From a virus, in the IMG/VR virus record IMGVR_UViG_3300044939_000036, positions 1 to 34,757 of that record: DNA of 34,757 nt; one strand, given 5' to 3'. The notes below the pieces were generated by a model that was given only the letters and a program-made list of their open reading frames with translations, was not told the DNA's origin and ran no database searches. The position numbers and the translations under genes are program-made. Numbering within the stretch: the stretch's first letter is position 1; each line of letters begins with the position of its first letter. Shown piece by piece: positions 6,789 to 13,669 of the stretch.

Positions 6789-7089
6789 TCCAGTCTCCAG
6801 CGCGCGTGGCCGCATGGGCGCGGCGGCATCGCCGTGGCGAGGCTCTGCGGCCTGTCTGACAAACCGGGCCAGGGAAACGTCCGCGCAGTACCGCAGCAGG
6901 ATGCGGCGCCTGCGCACCCCAGAGCCGCATCCGCAGCTCTGCATCGAGGGCGAATACGTCACCCTCGGAGAGATCGCCGCGCGCCTTGGCGTCTCCCCAG
7001 ACACGGCATCCAGACGGATGAAGGCGATCATCCAGAGCAACCGCCCGGTCACCTGGTCGGCGCTGGAAAAACGCGGAGGCAGGGCATGA
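6778..7089 (+). CDS. Small HTH protein (paralogue of 8076-8327)
   Basis: The segment IEGEYVTLGEIAARLGVSPDTASRRM..PVTWSAL aligns with IEGEAVTIPRIAARLGIAQSTARKRI..PITWQGL in the other gene. Confidence 0.6.
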   Translation: MPIDPVSSARGRMGAAASPWRGSAACLTNRARETSAQYRSRMRRLRTPEPHPQLCIEGEYVTLGEIAARLGVSPDTASRRMKAIIQSNRPVTWSALEKRGGRA

Positions 7090-7304
7090 GCCTGATCGAA
7101 ATCTCCGCACCGTTCGACCGCATCGGCATCGAGGCGTCCAGCACCCGAATCTGGATCAAGAGCTACAGCGCCACAGGCCGCTGCACAAAGGCGGTGTCGC
7201 TGCGGCTCACCAGCCGCGACCGCGACGCACTGATCGCCGCACTCCGCCGCATCGACACGTCCGACGCAGACGCAGACGCAACGCAACAGAGGGCACACGC
7301 ATGA
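7086..7304 (+). CDS. Hypothetical protein (72 aa)
   Basis: ATGA coupling on both sides. Confidence 0.55.
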   Translation: MSLIEISAPFDRIGIEASSTRIWIKSYSATGRCTKAVSLRLTSRDRDALIAALRRIDTSDADADATQQRAHA

Positions 7305-7534
7305 CCGACAAAGCATCCATCGGCGTAGCGATTGGCTTCGGCGGAGCCGCCGTATTCGCCTTCCTCGCCGCCCTGTTCGACGCCATCCAGCCGCACCTGC
7401 CCGCCATCCACAGGGCCTGCCTGTGGTTGTTCACCCCGCAAATGTCAATCGGCATCGTGACCGGAATGGTGTGCGGCGCTGCGGCCGTCGCCATCCTCAT
7501 GCTCACCAAGGAGGCACGCCATGATCGGCACTGA
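7301..7534 (+). CDS. Small membrane protein (77 aa, 2-3 TM)
   Basis: Hydrophobic stretches IGVAIGFGGAAVFAFLAALF and IGIVTGMVCGAAAVAILML. Confidence 0.6.
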   Translation: MTDKASIGVAIGFGGAAVFAFLAALFDAIQPHLPAIHRACLWLFTPQMSIGIVTGMVCGAAAVAILMLTKEARHDRH

Positions 7535-7790
7535 TCGCACCGCAGACACAGACATCGAGCGCGTGCTGACCACGCTGTCCGCCCTGATCGAGGGCGACCG
7601 CGTACTTGACATCCGCGCATCCGCGCTGCTGCTCGGAATCAGCGTGGATTCTTTCCGCCGCCTTTCCACACGTCCAGACTTCCCGGCACCGGCCATGCTC
7701 GGCAAACGCCTGACGTGGCGACGCCGGGAACTCTTGGACTGGTGGGAGGACGAACGCAACCGCCAGCGGCGCAGCAGGTGCGCCCTATGA
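7521..7790 (+). CDS. AlpA/excisionase-like HTH protein
   Basis: AAGGAGG SD. The segment LDIRASALLLGISVDSFRRL..DFPAPAMLGKRLTWRRRELLDWW fits the AlpA/Xis (MerR-like) pattern. Last gene of the early operon. Confidence 0.7.
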   Translation: MIGTDRTADTDIERVLTTLSALIEGDRVLDIRASALLLGISVDSFRRLSTRPDFPAPAMLGKRLTWRRRELLDWWEDERNRQRRSRCAL

Positions 7791-7802
7791 AATGGCGCAC
7801 CT
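7776..7802 (+). terminator. Hairpin at the end of the early operon (9-bp stem AGGTGCGCC/GGCGCACCT, 9-nt loop)
   Basis: Perfect inverted repeat spanning the stop codon at 7788-7790. The T tract is weak (ATCTACT). Confidence 0.4.
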
Positions 7803-7827
7803 ATCTACTACTGAGCAGTAGGACACG

Positions 7828-8079
7828 ATGAGTATCGAACTCCTAAAGCGTTTTGCAGGCGCAAAACCCACTACAGGAAGGATTGTTCAGGTGATTGATG
7901 GGAAGTCCATCACGAGCCATGTGGGAAAACTGCGCGGCGCAATCGTCTCAGACATGAATGGGAACTACAAGCACGCAACGATTGAGGCGGCGTTAGCGTG
8001 TGCCAAGAACTTCCGGGATCGGTGCAAATCTCACCTTTCTGAAATCAGCCGCCAACGGCGCAGCAGGGCCACAGCATGA
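7828..8079 (+). CDS. Hypothetical protein (83 aa), lower GC
   Basis: ORF with an AGGA upstream. Composition differs from the core genome. Confidence 0.5.
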   Translation: MSIELLKRFAGAKPTTGRIVQVIDGKSITSHVGKLRGAIVSDMNGNYKHATIEAALACAKNFRDRCKSHLSEISRQRRSRATA

Positions 8080-8327
8080 AGGTCACCTTGAGCAGGGCCG
8101 ACGCAGCCCGCTACGGACGCCGTGGTGGCCGCGCGCGGGCGGCCATCGTCGCCCTCCACATCGAAGGCGAGGCGGTGACCATCCCGCGCATCGCCGCGCG
8201 GCTTGGAATCGCGCAATCCACCGCACGCAAACGAATCGAGGAACTCCGCACGCGCGGGGAGCCGATCACGTGGCAGGGGCTTGGATGTTCCAGCAGCACA
8301 ACCCGTGACTCAAATATCGCAAGCTAG
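8076..8327 (+). CDS. Small HTH protein (paralogue of 6778-7089)
   Basis: ATGA coupling with 7828-8079. Shares the motif described for 6778-7089. Confidence 0.6.
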   Translation: MKVTLSRADAARYGRRGGRARAAIVALHIEGEAVTIPRIAARLGIAQSTARKRIEELRTRGEPITWQGLGCSSSTTRDSNIAS

Positions 8328-8394
8328 ATCAATGACTTATTGCCGTATCCCGCCTCGTTTTTGGGAAATCGGTGACCCTATCGGAGACCATGCA

Positions 8395-8505
8395 ATGAGC
8401 GCACAGCTCGACCTCAACGACGTAGCAAAAGCGGCTGGCGCAACGATCTGCGGGGCCGAGATCGAGGCGGCTGCGTTGCGGGACATGTTCGGAGTTAGCT
8501 CATGA
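8395..8505 (+). CDS. Hypothetical micro-protein (36 aa)
   Basis: GGAG 8 nt before the ATG. ATGA overlap with the next ORF. Confidence 0.4.
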   Translation: MSAQLDLNDVAKAAGATICGAEIEAAALRDMFGVSS

Positions 8506-8711
8506 ACGATAACGCCCGTGAAGAACTCGAAAAGCTGTGCCAAGCGACTGACAAGACAAAGCGGTTCTTCAGAATTCACGCTTACGACAGACGCATTGCT
8601 CGCGGGGATGACTTTGCGGGCGATGCTTGGCTTGATAAAGCCAGCGGTCGGATTGCTTATTCTGCTGTCGGACATGATCGCAACGTATCAATGGGCATTG
8701 ACCAATCTTAA
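8502..8711 (+). CDS. Hypothetical protein (69 aa), low GC
   Basis: GGAG SD and ATGA coupling. Preferred over the overlapping ORFs 8518-8745(+) and 8337-8675(-). Confidence 0.5.
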   Translation: MNDNAREELEKLCQATDKTKRFFRIHAYDRRIARGDDFAGDAWLDKASGRIAYSAVGHDRNVSMGIDQS

Positions 8712-8722
8712 GTGGAGTAGAT

Positions 8723-8956
8723 ATGTGCGACATCGTGTTGATTGACGGAACGCTGTGCTCTATCCAAATGGAATTAATGGATAAGCTTGGTTCTGCCGAC
8801 TTAGTACCGGCACGGCAATTCGGCTATACGGATGAAGGCATAAGGCAGAGTTCGTGCCTCTGTCCTGTAGATATTGAGGCGACTGCAAAAAAGCATGGCT
8901 ATGAAGCCATCAAGATGTTCAATTCAACATACGATTGGCATTTGATTCGCCCGTGA
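8723..8956 (+). CDS. Hypothetical protein (77 aa), lowest-GC gene in the window
   Basis: GGAG SD (AAGTGGAGTAGATATG). Cys-containing, globular-looking sequence. Confidence 0.55.
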   Translation: MCDIVLIDGTLCSIQMELMDKLGSADLVPARQFGYTDEGIRQSSCLCPVDIEATAKKHGYEAIKMFNSTYDWHLIRP

Positions 8957-8986
8957 TGCACTGGCCGAGCACCTCGGAGGTGGCGA

Positions 8987-9154
8987 ATGAGCGTCCGTCC
9001 ACACCTACTCGTGCGAGTCACGCACGTGATCCGGGCGCGGCTGGCGGCAATGCGCTTCGGCCAGCCATCGGGCCGGGTGTTGGCGACCTACCGGCTGCCC
9101 AACCATCACCGACAGGCATCCTGGCGATCCCGGCGAAAACTAAACAAGCGCTGA
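8987..9154 (+). CDS. Possible very basic small protein (55 aa)
   Basis: GGAGG 6 nt before the ATG and high GC3. It competes with the alternative frame 8956-9216, which has a TGATG overlap with the previous gene. Confidence 0.3.
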   Translation: MSVRPHLLVRVTHVIRARLAAMRFGQPSGRVLATYRLPNHHRQASWRSRRKLNKR

Positions 9155-9172
9155 ACAATGAGCGCTGTGGCC

Positions 9173-9200
9173 TTGCACATGCACGCAATGCGTGTATCAT
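9173..9200 (+). promoter_or_regulatory. Sigma70-like promoter TTGCAC-N16-TATCAT with a perfect 13-bp palindrome CACGCA-A-TGCGTG (9182-9194) in the spacer
   Basis: Read directly. Lies 65 nt upstream of the 9265 gene. Confidence 0.5.
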
Positions 9201-9264
9201 ACGACCATGGCAGTAGGCGCTGCCGCCCGCGCCTCGGGGGGGCTTCAGGGGCTAGGAGAGTAAG

Positions 9265-9588
9265 GTGACCTACTCAGACGACATGCTGAAGAAACTCAGC
9301 GCTTTCGCAGCCGCGACGAACAATGAACTGTTCGATCCGGATTACAACGGAGGGGAGTGGCTGGTCGATGCAATAGAGACTCACGAAACGCTCGAACAGT
9401 TCGAGCAGTCCAGCAAAGGCTGGGCCACCGTCAGCCCAATGAAGACCGGCCACATCGCCGGAATGCCGTACCGCGCATGGCCGGTTGCGCAGGCCATGAA
9501 GGGACAACCGAGGCAGGCCATCTCAGTAGTTGACTTCGGGGACGTGCGGATTGCTTTGCCAGGGACAAACTTGTCCATGTTCACATGA
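9265..9588 (+). CDS. Hypothetical acidic protein (107 aa)
   Basis: GTG start with AGGAGA as SD. Protein-like sequence. Confidence 0.6.
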   Translation: MTYSDDMLKKLSAFAAATNNELFDPDYNGGEWLVDAIETHETLEQFEQSSKGWATVSPMKTGHIAGMPYRAWPVAQAMKGQPRQAISVVDFGDVRIALPGTNLSMFT

Positions 9589-9613
9589 CATACCACCAAC
9601 AACACCGGTCCTG

Positions 9614-9868
9614 ATGGCGAATCACCCAAACAGAAACCGCCGCCGGTCGAACCCGGCGGCAAATCCAACACCCGCGCAAATCCGCGCCGCGCGCGTCGCG
9701 GCAGGCCTCACGCAGACAGAGGCCGCGGCCCTGATCTATGCCACGCTAAGAACGTGGCAGGACTGGGAGGCGGGTAAGCGGCGCATGCACCCAGCCTTCT
9801 GGGAGCTCTGGCGCGCCAAGTCATCTCGCCTCGCCCCACGTATTCCCCACGGGGCGGCTGAAAGCTAA
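9614..9868 (+). CDS. XRE-family HTH protein (84 aa)
   Basis: The segment PTPAQIRAARVAAGLTQTEAAALIYATLRTWQDWEAGKRRMHPAFWELW is a recognisable small XRE-type HTH. The start is chosen at ATG 9614. Confidence 0.75.
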   Translation: MANHPNRNRRRSNPAANPTPAQIRAARVAAGLTQTEAAALIYATLRTWQDWEAGKRRMHPAFWELWRAKSSRLAPRIPHGAAES

Positions 9869-9884
9869 GCGTGGCGCGGGGCTT

Positions 9885-9904
9885 TGGTGCCGGAGGTGGG
9901 AATC
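9885..9904 (-). other. attP core candidate: 20 nt that read on the minus strand as a tRNA 3' end (GATTCCCAC-CTCCGGC-A-CCA)
   Basis: Contains part of a T-loop, a T-stem 3' half, a 7-nt acceptor 3' strand, discriminator A and CCA. There is no matching 5' half, so this is not a complete tRNA. It lies 150 nt upstream of int. Confidence 0.5.
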
Positions 9905-9917
9905 TCCGCGCATTCAG

Positions 9918-9960
9918 CGTCACGCGGCGAGTTCCTGCGTGACGTTTCGATTTCCTGATT
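9918..9960 (+). terminator. Rho-independent-type terminator (8-bp stem CGTCACGC/GCGTGACG, 11-nt loop, T-rich tail TTTCGATTTCCTGATTTTT)
   Basis: Read directly. Follows the 9265-9868 cassette. Confidence 0.45.
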
Positions 9961-9971
9961 TTTCAACGGCT

Positions 9972-10031
9972 TGCGCTGCATTATTGGTCTGCGCTGCGTT
10001 GCGTCATGTTGCCGTCTGCGGTATCGTCTGC
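9972..10031 (+). repeat. Short direct repeats upstream of int: TGCGCTGC twice (9972, 9990) and CGTCTGC twice (10014, 10025). Possible arm-type Int sites.
   Basis: Read directly. The function is inferred from position only. Confidence 0.3.
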
Positions 10032-10057
10032 CCCACGGATCGCCCCACGGTGGAGGC

Positions 10058-11017
10058 ATGGCGAGCATCCAGAGGCACAGAGACGGCTGGCGGGCGCAGG
10101 TGCGGCGCGGGAGCCAGCGGGACAGCCGCGTCTTTCGGACGAAGGCCGAGGCGGCGCGCTGGGCGTTGCAGCGCGAGGCCGAGATGCGCGGATCCAGGGT
10201 ACCAGATCACACCCTGGCGGATGCGCTCAAGATCTACATGGATGAGGTCGCGCCGACGCATCGTGGTGCGAGGTGGGAGATCATCCGGCTGCAGCGCTGG
10301 CTGGCACAGCCGTGGACGCAGACGCGGATGCGCGACGTCACGGCCGACATGCTCGCCGAGTGGCGCAATGCCCGTCTGCGCGAGGTCAGCGCGTCGTCGG
10401 TTTGCCGCGAGATGACCCTGCTGCGCAGCGTGCTGGAACATGTCCGCAGGCCGCCTCTGCGCTGGATCGAGACGAACCCATTCTCAGACGTTAAGCGGCC
10501 GCCTGCGCCGCCTAGCCGGAAGCGGCGCATCTCAGATGATGAGATCGCCAGGATCATGGCCGCGACCGGCCTGGATGATGGCCTCCGCGCCGACACGGCG
10601 ATGCAGCGGACGGGCCTTGCGTTCCTGTTCGCGCTGGAGACCGCGATGCGGGCAGGCGAGATCCTTGGGATGCGGTGGGAAGACGTCGGCCCAAAGTCCG
10701 TCACGCTGCCGCGCACAAAGAACGGTGACAGCAGGCGTGTGCCGCTGTCACCACGCGCGCGCGAGATTCTGGCGGTGCTTCCGCGTGGCCGGCCGACGTG
10801 TTTTGACCTGCACCCAGGCACGCGGGATGCACTCTGGAGACGCGCTGCGGCCGGGATCCATGACCTGCACTTCCATGACAGCCGCGCAGAGGCGATCTGG
10901 CGGCTGTCGAAGAAGCTGGATGTGCTGGAGCTGGCGCGGGTGATCGGCCACCGCGATATCCGCAGCCTGATGATCTACTACCAGGCCGATGCGGATGAGC
11001 TGGCGGATCGGTTGTAG
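10058..11017 (+). CDS. int: Tyrosine recombinase / phage integrase
   Basis: The catalytic region pattern fits (ETAMRAGEILGMRWEDV, TKNGDSRRVPL, HFHDSRAEA, GHRDIRSLMIYY). GGAGG SD before ATG 10058. Confidence 0.9.
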   Translation: MASIQRHRDGWRAQVRRGSQRDSRVFRTKAEAARWALQREAEMRGSRVPDHTLADALKIYMDEVAPTHRGARWEIIRLQRWLAQPWTQTRMRDVTADMLAEWRNARLREVSASSVCREMTLLRSVLEHVRRPPLRWIETNPFSDVKRPPAPPSRKRRISDDEIARIMAATGLDDGLRADTAMQRTGLAFLFALETAMRAGEILGMRWEDVGPKSVTLPRTKNGDSRRVPLSPRAREILAVLPRGRPTCFDLHPGTRDALWRRAAAGIHDLHFHDSRAEAIWRLSKKLDVLELARVIGHRDIRSLMIYYQADADELADRL

Positions 11018-11442
11018 TCACCGAATATCGGCGCGTACAACATCTGCGGCGTCACCCGCCACGGCTGCGTTCGGAAAAGCAGGACGCCGGACTGCTCAAT
11101 GGCCCACGCCACCAACTCCGAGCAGAACCACGCATCTTGATCCTGCCAGCGACGCCTGAAACCAATCCCGAGGATGCCGCGCCAATCGTAGGGCTTCCCG
11201 ATCTGACTGCGCGCCGCAGCGATAGCACGGTCTGCGTCGCCCGGCAGTTCAATGATCGCCACCTTCGTCGCATCCGCCATGAAATCCGCCAGCGGACGCT
11301 CACGGACGCCATGAATCGACGATGCCTCGATCACAGTTTCACCGGCCACCAGCGCCACATGCGACCACGGCGACCACAGCGCCGCGCGCAGAAACAGGCT
11401 CGGCAGACTGTGGTTGCGGCTGAAAATCACGCGCACGCTCAT
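10978..11442 (-). CDS. Permuted papain-like hydrolase (NlpC/P60 superfamily, YiiX/C92-like)
   Basis: The His block (WSHVALVAGETVIEA) comes before GKPYDW and the Cys block (WFCSELVAWA), which is the permuted order. ATGA coupling to the upstream gene. Last gene of the late operon. Confidence 0.6.
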   Translation of the reverse strand: MSVRVIFSRNHSLPSLFLRAALWSPWSHVALVAGETVIEASSIHGVRERPLADFMADATKVAIIELPGDADRAIAAARSQIGKPYDWRGILGIGFRRRWQDQDAWFCSELVAWAIEQSGVLLFRTQPWRVTPQMLYAPIFGDYNRSASSSASAW

Positions 11443-11813
11443 GGGAGCACCTTTTCGCCCCACCCAGCCCATCGGTGGATGTCGCGAAACCGCGTTGGCC
11501 GGACGGGCACAGGATTTTCAGGATCGGTCATATCCCAATCATCGGGTGCCACGTCCAGCCATGCCGTCTCGTTCAGCGTGAATCCCTCGACTGGCGTGCC
11601 ATCCTCATGCCACGATCCGATAGCGATGGGGGCGCGGCCCATCTGTGTCAGCGCGTCCAGCACAGGCTGGAGATACTGCTGCTCGCCGATGCCGTCCACC
11701 AACAGCCGCTCGTTGCGCTCGTTGATCACGCGCCACTGCGCGTACTGGTGAAACATTCCAGCCTGCTGATCGGTGAGCGCAGGGCCTAGCATGGAAAAGA
11801 CGAACGTGATCAT
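11439..11813 (-). CDS. Hypothetical protein after the fibre gene (possible fibre assembly factor, by position only)
   Basis: ATGA coupling at both ends. The start is chosen at ATG 11813. Confidence 0.5.
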   Translation of the reverse strand: MITFVFSMLGPALTDQQAGMFHQYAQWRVINERNERLLVDGIGEQQYLQPVLDALTQMGRAPIAIGSWHEDGTPVEGFTLNETAWLDVAPDDWDMTDPENPVPVRPTRFRDIHRWAGWGEKVLP

Positions 11814-12796
11814 GCGGTCACCTGCTGCAACTCTGCGTTGGTCATCAGCCACGGATAGAAACGGATGCGTTTAAAACGACTGCCGATTGCGCATGCGCCA
11901 TTGCCAGCGCCGATCTCGATCAAGTCTGGCAGGTTGGCGGGCAATGTACCCATCGTTCCGCGAGTATAGACATTCCCACCATTCACACACCCACGGCGAT
12001 TTTCATTTTGCATCGTCGCAGCCACCTTGATCCGCTGACCTGGGGAGACTAGGGTCGTGTGGATATTGAGCGCCGATCCCAGCCCTTCCCACTGCACAGG
12101 CCGCGGCCCGGCGGTGTTGTTGTTTGCGAGAAGATACCACCACGCATCCGTAAACCCTGTCGTTGTTTTTCGGCAAGACAGTGAGCGGTTGTATCCTGTC
12201 AGGTTGTAGGGTACGGTGAAATCGACATAAAGCGTGTGGTCGATATAGGGCACCTGCCCGCCCCAACTTGCATTCGTGATTGTCGCAGTATCATTAGCGC
12301 GCGTCGCAGCGGCGGTCGTCGTGGGAATCCACGACGTGGCGTAGCCAGGATCAACTTCAAGCTGTGCATACTGCACGTTGCCAGAGACGGTCAGCGTCAA
12401 CGGACCAGCGGTCGCCGTGAACACAAGTTGCGCCCGGTTCGGCCATGCGCCGGCGCTGTTGAGCGTACCGCTGTAACTGCCCGACAGCGTGATGCTTCCA
12501 GTGCCGTAGAAACTCAGTCGGTACGTAGCCGCAGACGTGGTGACCGTCTGCGTACTAAGCGTTTCGCTGTTGAGCAGCAGATTAGTGGCCTGAGCCTCAA
12601 GCAGCAGACCTAGCACTTCACCGGTGAACGGGTCATGGTCGATGCGCGGTACGTTGCTTCCAACTACCTCGATTGTGCCATTCGCTTTGAAACGACTTGC
12701 GGAGGATGGGCGAGTGAACACCACGCGCGAATCGAACATCGACCGCGTGAAATCAATCTCATCATATGGGCGTTGGATAAGTGACAGCGGAATCAT
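11810..12796 (-). CDS. Tail fibre / receptor-binding protein (328 aa)
   Basis: N-terminal pattern PRIDHDPFTGEVLGLLLEAQATNLLLNSE and a beta-rich, Thr/Ser/Asn-rich body. It ends ..RIRFYPWLMTNAELQQVT, like LamG/ConA-type fibre tips. Lower GC. Confidence 0.65.
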   Translation of the reverse strand: MIPLSLIQRPYDEIDFTRSMFDSRVVFTRPSSASRFKANGTIEVVGSNVPRIDHDPFTGEVLGLLLEAQATNLLLNSETLSTQTVTTSAATYRLSFYGTGSITLSGSYSGTLNSAGAWPNRAQLVFTATAGPLTLTVSGNVQYAQLEVDPGYATSWIPTTTAAATRANDTATITNASWGGQVPYIDHTLYVDFTVPYNLTGYNRSLSCRKTTTGFTDAWWYLLANNNTAGPRPVQWEGLGSALNIHTTLVSPGQRIKVAATMQNENRRGCVNGGNVYTRGTMGTLPANLPDLIEIGAGNGACAIGSRFKRIRFYPWLMTNAELQQVTA

Positions 12797-13254
12797 GTCA
12801 GCAACCCTGACGGATAGAGCGTGAGATTCCCAGCACTGTCAATCGCCACCCCCACATCTTCGACCGAAGATAACACAGTAGAAACAGACCACGCCGCGCC
12901 GCGTGCCGTTTTCACAGACGCGCCGCTGAACGTGCATGTTTTAGCCGCGCTCGCGTGCTGCTTGATCCGCACACGAACATCGGCGCCGACGCCCGCAGGC
13001 GGAAGTCCGGTAAAGCTGATCGTTGTGTTTTCAGTCAGCGTCAGCAGGAAAATTTCGGCTCCACTCGAAAGGTCAATGACGGCTGCACCGTTACTGCTTG
13101 AAATTGTTTGCATCTTGTATAGGTAGCGGCCCCAGATCGCACCGACTGGGAATCGGCGAGGATTTCCGCTTGCCTGATCGACGCCAACGACGCTATCAAA
13201 CGGGCCTGGCGCGGCAGATGGCAGATCTGCGATTGGAATGATGTCTGTACTCAT
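12793..13254 (-). CDS. Tail-fibre-region structural protein (153 aa)
   Basis: Coupled to the fibre gene and beta-rich in composition. Confidence 0.55.
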   Translation of the reverse strand: MSTDIIPIADLPSAAPGPFDSVVGVDQASGNPRRFPVGAIWGRYLYKMQTISSSNGAAVIDLSSGAEIFLLTLTENTTISFTGLPPAGVGADVRVRIKQHASAAKTCTFSGASVKTARGAAWSVSTVLSSVEDVGVAIDSAGNLTLYPSGLLT

Positions 13255-13270
13255 GTGTGACTCTCCGCAC

Positions 13271-13669
13271 TCAAAGAACTGCCGTCACATCCGCATGCCC
13301 TGACACCTGCGCCGCCTGCAGGCTGATCCGGATGCTGGCGTCAGAAAGAAGAATGTCCGCCCAGGCGAACAGCCCGGTCACCGGCTCGCCGAGCACGGCC
13401 AGCAGGCATTCGCGGGTGATCGCCTCATCGCCGAGTTCATCAACACGCGCCGCCGTGACGCTGTGCTTGAGCTCGGTCACCACCGGCCGGCCGTCTGCAG
13501 TGGTGATCGGCTGTCCGTTTTCGTCGATCGCACGCGCCTTGGCGTGGTAGGCCACACCCGCTGGGACGCGCTTGCGGGTGCAGGACACGGCCACCAGATC
13601 GCCTGTGTCCAGCTGCACCACCGTTTCGCCTGGGCCTGCTGCGATGTCTGTTCGCTTGGTGTAGCTCAT
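13271..13669 (-). CDS. Hypothetical tail-region protein (132 aa)
   Basis: ATGA coupling to 13666-14709. Confidence 0.55.
   Translation of the reverse strand: MSYTKRTDIAAGPGETVVQLDTGDLVAVSCTRKRVPAGVAYHAKARAIDENGQPITTADGRPVVTELKHSVTAARVDELGDEAITRECLLAVLGEPVTGLFAWADILLSDASIRISLQAAQVSGHADVTAVL

Noticed and set aside
8337-8745. Alternative ORFs 8337-8675(-) and 8518-8745(+) in the low-GC island
   Set aside because: Neither has an SD or coupling. The chosen plus-strand ORFs each have a GGAG at proper spacing and an ATGA overlap. The 8518 frame does have a TM-like stretch, so it is not fully excluded.
8956-9216. 86-aa ORF (MHWPSTSEVANERPST..) with a TGATG overlap to the previous gene
   Set aside because: It is low-complexity and Pro/Ala/Gly-rich, with lower GC3 than the competing 8987-9154 frame. 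It would also run through the predicted promoter at 9173-9200. Neither frame is well supported.
9885-9960. A complete tRNA gene
   Set aside because: Only about 20 nt match a tRNA 3' end. The sequence beyond the T-loop diverges (no GTGGG T-stem partner, no anticodon or D arms). I interpret it as an attP core.
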